From positions 226,548,001-226,612,000 of the forward strand of contig OZ024742.1 of the NCBI GenBank assembly GCA_964016885.1: a stretch of DNA of 64,000 nt. Direction: 5' to 3'. Under the pieces are notes generated by a model that saw nothing but the letters and a program-made list of their open reading frames with translations, did no database searches and was not told the origin of the DNA. This document shows, piece after piece, positions 15,001 to 27,000 of the stretch; position 1 is the stretch's first letter, and every line of letters starts with the position of its first letter. The position numbers and the translations under genes are program-made. This stretch comes from Eledone cirrhosa (taxonomy: Eukaryota).

Positions 15001-18000
15001 ACTGTTACAGTAGTTGGTGTTACTGCTGTAGTTGGTGGAGGTGTTAGTACTGTTACAGTAGGTGGTGTTACTGCTGTAGTTGGTGGTGGTGTTAGTACTG
15101 TTACAGTAGCTGGTGATACTGCTGTAGTTGGTGGAGGTGTTAGTACTGTTACAGTAGGTGGTGTTACTGCTGTAGTTGGTGGTGGTGTTAGTACTGTTAC
15201 AGTAGTTGGTGTTACTGCTGTAGTTGGTGGCGGTGTTAGTACTGTTACAGTAGGTGGTGTTACTGCTGGAGTTGGTAGTGGTGTTAGTACTGTTATAGTA
15301 GGTGGTGTTACTGCTGTAGTTGGTGGTGGTGTTAGTACTGTTACAGTAGTTGGTGTTACTGCTGTAGTTGGTGGTGGTGTTAGTACTGTGACAGCAGGTG
15401 GTGTTACTGCTGTAGTTGGTGGTGGTGTTAGTACTATTACAGTAGGTGGTGTTACTGCTGGAGTTGGTAGTGGTGTTAGTACTGTTACAGTAGTTGGTGT
15501 TACTGCTGTAGTTGGTGGTGGTGTTAGTACTGTTACAGTAGTTGGTGTAACTGCTGTAGTTGGTGGTGGTGTTAGTGCTGTTACAGTAGGTGGTGTTACT
15601 GCTGTAGTTGGTGGTGGTGTTACTGCTGTAGTTGGTGGTGGTGTTAGTGCTGTTACAGTAGTTGGTGTTACTGCTGTAGTTGGTGGTGGTGTTAGTACTG
15701 TGACAGTAGGTGGAGTTACTGCTGTAGTTGGTAGTGGTGTTAGTACTGTTAGAGTAGGTGGTGTTACTGCTGTAGTTGATAGAGGTTTTAGTACTGTTAC
15801 AGTAGGTGGTGTTACTGCTGTAGTTGGTGGTGGTGTTAATACTGTTACAGTAGTTGGTGTTACTGCTGTAGTTGGTGGTGGTGTTAGTACTGTTACAGTA
15901 GGTGCTGTTATTGCTGTAGTTGGTGGTGGTGTTAGTACTGTTACAGTAGGTAGTGTTACTGCTGTAGTTAGTGGTGGTATTAGTACTGTTACAGAAGGTG
16001 GTGTTACTGCCCTAGTTGGTAGTGGTGTTAGTACTGTTACAGTAGTTGGTGTTACTGCTGTAGTTGGTAGTGGTGTTAGTTAGTTACAGTAGGTGGTGTT
16101 ACTGCTGTAGTTGGTTGTGGTGTTAGTACCGTTACAGAAGGTGGTGTTACTGCTGTAGTTTGTAGTGGTGTTAGTACTGTTACAGTAGGGGGTGTTACTG
16201 CTGTAGTTCGTGGTGGTGTTAGTACTGTTACAGTAGGTGGTGTTACTGCTGTAGTTGGTGGTGGTGTTAGTACTGTTACTGGAGGTGGTGTTCCTGCTCT
16301 AGTTGGTGGGTGTGTTAGTACTGTTACAGTAGTTGGTGTTACTGCTGTAGTTGGTGGTGGTGTTACTACTGTTACAGTAGGTGGTGTTACTGCTGTAGTT
16401 GGTGGTGGTGTTAGTACTGTTACAATAGGTGGTGTTACTGCTGTAGTTGGTGGTGGTGTTAGTACTGTTACAGTAGGTGGTGTTACTGCTGTAGTTGGTG
16501 GTGGTGTTAGTACTGTTACAATAGGTGGTGTTACTGCTGTAGTTGGTGGTGGTGTTAGTACTGTTACAGTAGGTGGTGTTACTGCTGTAGTTGGTGGTTG
16601 TGTTAGTACTGTTATAGTAGGTGGTGTTACTGCTGTAGTTGGTGGTGGTGTTAGTACTGTTATAGTAGGTGGTGTTACTGCTGTAGTTGGTGGTGGTGTT
16701 AGTACTGTTATAGTAGGTGGTGTTACTGCTGTAGTTGGTGGTGGTGTTAGTACTGTTACAGTAGGTGGTGTTACTGCTGTAGTTGGTGGTGGTGTTAGTA
16801 CTGTTATAGTAGGTGGTGTTACTGCTGTAGTTGGTAGTGGTGTTAGTACTGTTACAGTAGGTGGTGTTACTGCTGTAGTTGGTGGAGGTCTTAGTACTGT
16901 TAGAGTAGGTGGTGTTACTGCTGTAGTTGGTGGTGGTGTTAGTACTGTTACAGTAGGTGGTGTTACTGCTGTAGTTGGTGGTGGTATTAGTACTGTTACA
17001 GTAGGTGGTGTTACTGCTGTAGTTGGTGGTGGTATTAGTACTGTTACAGTAGGTGGTGTTACTGCTGTAGTTGGTGGTGGTGTTAGTACTGTTACAGTAG
17101 GTGGTGTTACTGCTGTAGTTGGTGGAGGTGTTAATTTGTACTGTTACAGTAGGTGGTGATACTGCTGTAGTTGGTGGTGGTGTTAGTACTGTTACAGTAG
17201 GTGGTGTTACTGCTGTAGTTGGTAGTGGTGTTAGTACTGTTACAGTAGGTGGTGTTACTGCTGTAGTTGGTAGTGGTGTTAGTACTGTTACAGTAGGTGG
17301 TGTTACTGCTGTAGTTGGTGGTGGTGTTAGTACTGTTACAGTAGGTGGTGTTACTGCTGTAGTTGTTAGTGGTGTTAGTACTGTTACAGTAGTTGGTGTT
17401 ACTGCTGTAGTTGGTGGAGGTGTTAGTACTGTTACAGTAGTTGGTGTTACTGCTGTAGTTGGTGGTGGTGTTAGTACTGTTACAGTAGGTGGTGTTACTG
17501 CTGTATTTGGTGGTGGTGTTAGTACTGTTACAGTAGGTGGTGTTACTGCTGTAGTTGGTGGTGGTGTTAGTACTGTTACAGTAGGTGGTGTTACTGCTGT
17601 ATTTGGTGGTGGTGTTACTACTGTTACAGTAGGTGGTGTTACTGCTGTAGTTGGTAGTGGTGTTAGTACTGTTACAGTAGGTGGTGTTACTGCTGTAGTT
17701 GGTGGTGTTAGTACTGTTACAGTAGGTGGTGTTACTGCTGTAGTTGGTGGTGGTGTTAGTACTGTTACAGAAGGTGGTGTTACTGCTCTAGTTGGTAGTG
17801 GTGTTAGTACTGTTACAGTAGTTGGTGTTACTGCTGTAGTTGGTAGTGGTGTTAGTTAGTTACAGTAGGTGGTGTTACTGCTGTAGTTGGTTGTGGTGTT
17901 AGTACTGTTACAGAAGGTGGTGTTACTGCTGTAGTTTGTAGTGGTGTTAGTACTGTTACAGTAGGTGGTGTTACTGCTGTAGTTTGTGGTGGTGTTAGTA

Positions 18001-21000
18001 CTGTTACAGTAGGTGGTGTTACTGCTGTAGTTGGTGGTGGTGTTAGTACTGTTACAGTAGGTGGTGTTCCTGCTCTAGTTGGTGGGTGTGTTAGTACTGT
18101 TACAGTAGGTGGTGTTACTGCTGTAGTTGGTGGTGGTGTTAGTACTGTTACAGTAGGTGGTGTTACTGCTGTAGTTGGTGGTGGTGTTAGTACTGTTATA
18201 GTAGGTGGTGTTACTGCTGTAGTTGGTGGTGGTGTTAGTACTGTTATAGTAGGTGGTGTTACTGCTGTAGTTGGTGGTGGTGTTAGTACTGTTACAGTAG
18301 GTGGTGTTACTGAGGTAGTTGGTGGTGGTGTTAGTACTGTTATAGTAGGTGGTGTTACTGCTGTAGTTGGTAGTGGTGTTAGTACTGTTACAGTAGGTGG
18401 TGTTACTGCTGGAGTTTGTGGAGGTGTTAGTACTCTTACAGTATGTGGTGTTACTGCTGTAGTTGGTGGTGGTGTTAGTACTGTTACAGTATGGTGGTGT
18501 TACTGCTGTAGTTGGTGGAGGTGTTAGTACTGTTACAGTAGGTGGTGTTACTGCTGTAGTTGGTGTTGGTGTTAGTACTGTTACAGGAGTTGGTGTTACT
18601 GCTGTAGTTGGTGGTGGTGTTATTACTGTTACAGTAGGTGGTGTTACTGCTGTAGTTGGTGGTGGTGTTAGTACTGTTATAGTAGGTGGTGTTACTGCTG
18701 TAGTTGGTGGTGGTGTTAGTACTGTTATAGTAGGTGGTGTTACTGCTGTAGTTGGTGGTGGTGTTAGTACTGTTACAGTAGGTGGTGTTACTGCTGTAGT
18801 TGGTGGTGGTGTTAGTACTGTTATAGTAGGTGGTGTTACTGCTGTAGTTGGTAGTGGTGTTAGTACTGTTACAGTAGGTGGTGTTACTGCTGTAGTTGGT
18901 GGTGGTGTTAGTACTGTTACAGTAGGTGGTGTTACTGCTGTAGTTGATAGTGGTGTTAGTTAGTTACAGTAGGTGGTGTTACTGCTGTATTTGGTGGAGG
19001 TGTTAGTACTGTTACAGTAGTTGGTGTTACTGCTGTAGTTGGTGGAGGTGTTAGTACTGTTACAGTAGTTGGTGTTACTGCTGTAGTTGGTGGTGGTGTT
19101 AGTACTGTTACAGTAGGTGGTGTTACTGCTGTATTTGGTGGTGGTGTTACTACTGTTACAGTAGGTGGTGTTACTGCTGTAGTTGCTAGTGGTGTTAGTA
19201 CTGTTACAGTAGGTGGTGTTACTGCTGTAGTTGGTCGTGGTGTTAGTACTGTTACAGTAGGTGGTGTTACTGCTGTAGTTGGTGGTGGTGTTAGTACTGT
19301 TACAGTAGGTGGTGTTACTGCTGTAGTTGGTGGTGGTGTTAGTACTGTTACAGTAGGTGGTGTTACTGCTGTAGTTGGTGGTGGTGTTAGTACTGTTACA
19401 GTAGGTGGTGTTACTGCTGGAGTTGGTGGAGGTGTTAGTACTGTTACAGTAGGTGGTGTTACTGCTGTAGTTGGTGGAGGTGTTAGTACTGTTACAGTAG
19501 GTGGTGTTACTGCTGTAGTTGGTGGTGGTGGTAGTACTGTTACAGTAGGTGGTGTTACTGCTGGAGTTGGTGGAGGTGTTAGTACTGTTACAGTAGGTGG
19601 TGTTACTGCTGTAGTTGGTGGAGGTGTTAGTACTGTTACAGTAGGTGGTGTTACTGCTGTAGTTGGTGGTGGTGTTAGTACTGTTATAGTAGGTGGTGTT
19701 ACTGCTGTAGTTGGTGGTGGTGTTAGTACTGTTACAGTAGGTGGTGTTACTGCTGTAGTTGGTGGTGGTGTTAGTACTGTTATAGTAGGTGGTATTACAG
19801 CTGTAGTTGGTAGTGGTGTTAGTACTGTTACAGTAGGTGGTGTTACTGCTGTAGTTGCTAGTGGTGTTAGTACTGTTACAGTAGGTGGTGTTACTGCTGT
19901 AGTTGGTGGTGGTGTTAGTACTGTTACAGTAGGTGGTGTTACTGCTGTATTTGGTGGTGGTGTTACTACTGTTACAGTAGGTGGTGTTACTGCTGTAGTT
20001 GCTAGTGGTGTTAGTACTGTTACAGTAGGTGGTGTTACTGCTGTAGTTGGTGGTGGTGTTAGTACTGTTACAGTAGGTGGTGTTACTGCTGTAGTTGGTG
20101 GTGGTGTTAGTACTGTTACAGTAGGTGGTGTTACTGCTGTAGTTGGTGGTGGTGTTAGTACTGTTACAGTAGGTGGTGTTACTGCTGTAGTTGGTTGTGG
20201 TGTTAGTACTGTTACGGTAGGTGGTGTTACTGCTGTAGTTGGTGGTGGTGTTAGTACTGTTACAGTAGGTGGTGTTACTGCTGTAGTTGGTGGTGGTGTT
20301 AGTACTGTTACAGTAGGAGGTGTTACTGCTGTAGTTGGTGGTGGTGTTAGTACTGTTACAGTAGGTGGTGTTACTGCTGTAGTTGGTGGTGGTGTTAGTA
20401 CTGTTACAGTAGGTGGTATTACTGCTGTAGTTGGTGGTGGTGTTAGTACTGTTACAGTAGGTGGTGTTACTGCTGGAGTTGGTGGAGGTGTTAGTACTGT
20501 TACAGTAGGTGGTGTTACTGCTGTAGTTGGTGGAGGTGTTAGTACTGTTACAGTAGGTGGTGTTACTGCTGTAGTTGGTGGTGGTGTTAGTACTGTTACA
20601 GTAGGTGGTGTTACTGCTGGAGTTGGTGGAGGTGTTAGTACTGTTACAGTAGGTGGTGTTACTGCTGTAGTTGGTGGAGGTGTTAGTACTGTTACAGTAG
20701 GTGTTGTTACTGCTGTAGTTGGTGGCGGTGTTAGTACTGTTATAATAGGTGGTGTTACTGCTGTAGTTGGTAGTGGTGTTAGTACTGTTACAGTAGGTGG
20801 TGTTACTGCTGTGGTTGGTGGTGGTGTTAGTACTGTTATAGTAGGTGGTGTTACTGCTGTAGTTGGTGGTGGTGTTAGTACTGTTATAGTAGGTGGTGTT
20901 ACTGCTGTAGTTGGTAGTGGTGTTAGTACTGTTACAGTAGGTAGTGTTACTGCTGTAGTTGGTAGTGGTGTTAGTACTGTTACAGTAGGTGGTGTTACTG

Positions 21001-24000
21001 CTGTAGTTGGTAGTGGTGTTAGTACTGTTACAGTAGGTGGTGTTACTGCTGTAGTTGGTAGTGGTGTTAGTACTGTTACAGTAGGTGGTGTTACTGCTGT
21101 AGTTGGTAGTGGTGTTAGTACTGTTACAGTAGGTGGTGTTACTGCTGTAGTTGGTAGTGGTGTTAGTACTGTTACAGTCGGTGGTGTTACTGCTGTAGTT
21201 GGTAGTGGTGTTAGTACTGTTATAGTAGGTGGTGTTACTGCTGTAGTTGGTAGTGGTGTTAGTACTGTTACAGTAGGTGGTGTTACTGCTGTAGTTGGTG
21301 GTGGTGTTAGTACTGTTACAGTAGTTGGTGTTACTGCTGTAGTTGGTAGTGGTGTTAGTACTGTTACAGTAGGTGGTGTTACTGCTGTAGTTGGTAGTGG
21401 TGTTAGTACTGTTACAGTAGGTGGTGTTACTGCTGTAGTTGGTAGTGGTGTTAGTACTGTTACAGTCGGTGGTGTTACTGCTGTAGTTGGTGGTGGTGTT
21501 AGTACTGTTACAATAGGTGGTGTTACTGCTGTAGTTGGTGGTGGTGTTAGTACTGTTACAGTAGGTGGTGTTACTGCTGTAGTTGGTGGTTGTGTTAGTA
21601 CTGTTATAGTAGGTGGTGTTACTGCTGTAGTTGGTGGTGGTGTTAGTACTGTTATAGTAGGTGGTGTTACTGCTGTAGTTGGTGGTGGTGTTAGTACTGT
21701 TATAGTAGGTGGTGTTACTGCTGTAGTTGGTGGTGGTGTTAGTACTGTTACAGTAGGTGGTGTTACTGCTGTAGTTGGTGGTGGTGTTAGTACTGTTATA
21801 GTAGGTGGTGTTACTGCTGTAGTTGGTAGTGGTGTTAGTACTGTTACAGTAGGTGGTGTTACTGCTGTAGTTGGTGGAGGTCTTAGTACTGTTAGAGTAG
21901 GTGGTGTTACTGCTGTAGTTGGTGGTGGTGTTAGTACTGTTACAGTAGGTGGTGTTACTGCTGTAGTTGGTGGTGGTATTAGTACTGTTACAGTAGGTGG
22001 TGTTACTGCTGTAGTTGGTGGTGGTATTAGTACTGTTACAGTAGGTGGTGTTACTGCTGTAGTTGGTGGAGGTGTTAGTACTGTTACAGTAGGTGGTGTT
22101 ACTGCTGTAGTTGGTGGTGGTGTTAGTACTGTTACAGTAGGTGGTGTTACTGCTGTAGTTGGTGGAGGTGTTAATTTGTACTGTTACAGTAGGTGGTGAT
22201 ACTGCTGTAGTTGGTGGTGGTGTTAGTACTGTTACAGTAGGTGGTGTTACTGCTGTAGTTGGTAGTGGTGTTAGTACTGTTACAGTAGGTGGTGTTACTG
22301 CTGTAGTTGGTAGTGGTGTTAGTACTGTTACAGTAGGTGGTGTTACTGCTGTAGTTGGTGGTGGTGTTAGTACTGTTACAGTAGGTGGTGTTACTGCTGT
22401 AGTTGTTAGTGGTGTTAGTACTGTTACAGTAGTTGGTGTTACTGCTGTAGTTGGTGGAGGTGTTAGTACTGTTACAGTAGTTGGTGTTACTGCTGTAGTT
22501 GGTGGTGGTGTTAGTACTGTTACAGTAGGTGGTGTTACTGCTGTATTTGGTGGTGGTGTTAGTACTGTTACAGTAGGTGGTGTTACTGCTGTAGTTGGTG
22601 GTGGTGTTAGTACTGTTACAGTAGGTGGTGTTACTGCTGTATTTGGTGGTGGTGTTACTACTGTTACAGTAGGTGGTGTTACTGCTGTAGTTGGTAGTGG
22701 TGTTAGTACTGTTACAGTAGGTGGTGTTACTGCTGTAGTTGGTGGTGTTAGTACTGTTACAGTAGGTGGTGTTACTGCTGTAGTTGGTGGTGGTGTTAGT
22801 ACTGTTACAGAAGGTGGTGTTACTGCTCTAGTTGGTAGTGGTGTTAGTACTGTTACAGTAGTTGGTGTTACTGCTGTAGTTGGTAGTGGTGTTAGTTAGT
22901 TACAGTAGGTGGTGTTACTGCTGTAGTTGGTTGTGGTGTTAGTACTGTTACAGAAGGTGGTGTTACTGCTGTAGTTTGTAGTGGTGTTAGTACTGTTACA
23001 GTAGGTGGTGTTACTGCTGTAGTTTGTGGTGGTGTTAGTACTGTTACAGTAGGTGGTGTTACTGCTGTAGTTGGTGGTGGTGTTAGTACTGTTACAGTAG
23101 GTGGTGTTCCTGCTCTAGTTGGTGGGTGTGTTAGTACTGTTACAGTAGGTGGTGTTACTGCTGTAGTTGGTGGTGGTGTTAGTACTGTTACAGTAGGTGG
23201 TGTTACTGCTGTAGTTGGTGGTGGTGTTAGTACTGTTATAGTAGGTGGTGTTACTGCTGTAGTTGGTGGTGGTGTTAGTACTGTTATAGTAGGTGGTGTT
23301 ACTTCTGTAGTTGGTGGTGTTGTTAGTACTGTTACAGTAGGTGGTGTTACTGAGGTAGTTGGTGGTGGTGTTAGTACTGTTATAGTAGGTGGTGTTACTG
23401 CTGTAGTTGGTAGTGGTGTTAGTACTGTTACAGTAGGTGGTGTTACTGCTGGAGTTTGTGGAGGTGTTAGTACTGTTACAGTATGTGGTGTTACTGCTGT
23501 AGTTGGTGGTGGTGTTAGTACTGTTACAGTATGGTGGTGTTACTGCTGTAGTTGGTGGAGGTGTTAGTACTGTTACAGTAGGTGGTGTTACTGCTGTAGT
23601 TGGTGTTGGTGTTAGTACTGTTACAGGAGTTGGTGTTACTGCTGTAGTTGGTGGTGGTGTTATTACTGTTACAGTAGGTGGTGTTACTGCTGTAGTTGGT
23701 GGTGGTGTTAGTACTGTTATAGTAGGTGGTGTTACTGCTGTAGTTGGTGGTGGTGTTAGTACTGTTATAGTAGGTGGTGTTACTGCTGTAGTTGGTGGTG
23801 GTGTTAGTACTGTTACAGTAGGTGGTGTTACTGCTGTAGTTGGTGGTGGTGTTAGTACTGTTATAGTAGGTGGTGTTACTGCTGTAGTTGGTAGTGGTGT
23901 TAGTACTGTTACAGTAGGTGGTGTTACTGCTGTAGTTGGTGGTGGTGTTAGTACTGTTACAGTAGGTGGTGTTACTGCTGTAGTTGGTAGTGGTGTTAGT

Positions 24001-27000
24001 TAGTTACAGTAGGTGGTGTTACTGCTGTATTTGGTGGAGGTGTTAGTACTGTTACAGTAGTTGGTGTTACTGCTGTAGTTGGTGGAGGTGTTAGTACTGT
24101 TACAGTAGTTGGTGTTACTGCTGTAGTTGGTGGTGGTGTTAGTACTGTTACAGTAGGTGGTGTTACTGCTGTATTTGGTGGTGGTGTTACTACTGTTACA
24201 GTAGGTGGTGTTACTGCTGTAGTTGCTAGTGGTGTTAGTACTGTTACAGTAGGTGGTGTTACTGCTGTAGTTGGTCGTGGTGTTAGTACTGTTACAGTAG
24301 GTGGTGTTACTGCTGTAGTTGGTGGTGGTGTTAGTACTGTTACAGTAGGTGGTGTTACTGCTGTAGTTGGTGGTGGTGTTAGTACTGTTACAGTAGGTGG
24401 TGTTACTGCTGTAGTTGGTGGTGGTGTTAGTACTGTTACAGTAGGTGGTGTTACTGCTGGAGTTGGTGGAGGTGTTAGTACTGTTACAGTAGGTGGTGTT
24501 ACTGCTGTAGTTGGTGGAGGTGTTAGTACTGTTACAGTAGGTGGTGTTACTGCTGTAGTTGGTGGTGGTGGTAGTACTGTTACAGTAGGTGGTGTTACTG
24601 CTGGAGTTGGTGGAGGTGTTAGTACTGTTACAGTAGGTGGTGTTACTGCTGTAGTTGGTGGAGGTGTTAGTACTGTTACAGTAGGTGGTGTTACTGCTGT
24701 AGTTGGTGGTGGTGTTAGTACTGTTATAGTAGGTGGTGTTACTGCTGTAGTTGGTGGTGGTGTTAGTACTGTTACAGTAGGTGGTGTTACTGCTGTAGTT
24801 GGTGGTGGTGTTAGTACTGTTATAGTAGGTGGTATTACAGCTGTAGTTGGTAGTGGTGTTAGTACTGTTACAGTAGGTGGTGTTACTGCTGTAGTTGCTA
24901 GTGGTGTTAGTACTGTTACAGTAGGTGGTGTTACTGCTGTAGTTGGTGGTGGTGTTAGTACTGTTACAGTAGGTGGTGTTACTGCTGTATTTGGTGGTGG
25001 TGTTACTACTGTTACAGTAGGTGGTGTTACTGCTGTAGTTGCTAGTGGTGTTAGTACTGTTACAGTAGGTGGTGTTACTGCTGTAGTTGGTGGTGGTGTT
25101 AGTACTGTTACAGTAGGTGGTGTTACTGCTGTAGTTGGTGGTGGTGTTAGTACTGTTACAGTAGGTGGTGTTACTGCTGTAGTTGGTGGTGGTGTTAGTA
25201 CTGTTACAGTAGGTGGTGTTACTGCTGTAGTTGGTTGTGGTGTTAGTACTGTTACGGTAGGTGGTGTTACTGCTGTAGTTGGTGGTGGTGTTAGTACTGT
25301 TACAGTAGGTGGTGTTACTGCTGTAGTTGGTGGTGGTGTTAGTACTGTTACAGTAGGAGGTGTTACTGCTGTAGTTGGTGGTGGTGTTAGTACTGTTACA
25401 GTAGGTGGTGTTACTGCTGTAGTTGGTGGTGGTGTTAGTACTGTTACAGTAGGTGGTATTACTGCTGTAGTTGGTGGTGGTGTTAGTACTGTTACAGTAG
25501 GTGGTGTTACTGCTGGAGTTGGTGGAGGTGTTAGTACTGTTACAGTAGGTGGTGTTACTGCTGTAGTTGGTGGAGGTGTTAGTACTGTTACAGTAGGTGG
25601 TGTTACTGCTGTAGTTGGTGGTGGTGTTAGTACTGTTACAGTAGGTGGTGTTACTGCTGGAGTTGGTGGAGGTGTTAGTACTGTTACAGTAGGTGGTGTT
25701 ACTGCTGTAGTTGGTGGAGGTGTTAGTACTGTTACAGTAGGTGTTGTTACTGCTGTAGTTGGTGGCGGTGTTAGTACTGTTATAATAGGTGGTGTTACTG
25801 CTGTAGTTGGTAGTGGTGTTAGTACTGTTACAGTAGGTGGTGTTACTGCTGTGGTTGGTGGTGGTGTTAGTACTGTTATAGTAGGTGGTGTTACTGCTGT
25901 AGTTGGTGGTGGTGTTAGTACTGTTATAGTAGGTGGTGTTACTGCTGTAGTTGGTAGTGGTGTTAGTACTGTTACAGTAGGTAGTGTTACTGCTGTAGTT
26001 GGTAGTGGTGTTAGTACTGTTACAGTAGGTGGTGTTACTGCTGTAGTTGGTAGTGGTGTTAGTACTGTTACAGTAGGTGGTGTTACTGCTGTAGTTGGTA
26101 GTGGTGTTAGTACTGTTACAGTAGGTGGTGTTACTGCTGTAGTTGGTAGTGGTGTTAGTACTGTTACAGTAGGTGGTGTTACTGCTGTAGTTGGTAGTGG
26201 TGTTAGTACTGTTACAGTCGGTGGTGTTACTGCTGTAGTTGGTAGTGGTGTTAGTACTGTTATAGTAGGTGGTGTTACTGCTGTAGTTGGTAGTGGTGTT
26301 AGTACTGTTACAGTAGGTGGTGCTACTGCTGTAGTTGGTGGTGGTGTTAGTACTGTTACAGTAGTTGGTGTTACTGCTGTAGTTGGTGGAGGTGTTAGTA
26401 CTGTTACAGTAGGTGGTGTTACTGCTGTAGTTGGTGGTGGTGTTAGTACTGTTACAGTAGGTGGTGTTACTGCTGTAGTTGGTGGTGGTGTTAGTACTGT
26501 TACAGTAGTTGGTGTTACTGCTGTAGTTGGTGGTGGTGTTAGTACTGTGACAGTAGGTGGTGTTACTGCTGTAGTTGGTAGTGGTGTTACTACTGTTACA
26601 GTAGGTGGTGTTACTGCTGTAGTTGATGGTGGTGTTAGTACTGTTACAGTAGTTGGTGTTACTGCTGTAGTTGGTGGTGGTGTTAGTACTGTTACAGTAG
26701 GTGGTGTTACTGCTGTAGTTGGTGGTGGTGTTAGTACTGTTACAGTAGGTGGTGTTACTGCTGTAGTTGGTGGGGGTGTTAGTACTGTTACAGTAGGTGG
26801 TGTTACTGCTGGAGTTGGTAGTGGGGTTAGTACTGTTACAGTAGGTGGTGTTACTGCTGTAGTTGGTGGTGGTGTTAGTACTGTTACAGTAGTTGGTGGT
26901 GGTGTTAGTACTGTGACAGTAGGTGGTGTTACTGCTGTAGTTGGTGGTGGTGTTAGTACTGTTACAGTAGGTGGTGTTACTGCTGGAGTTGGTAGTGGTG

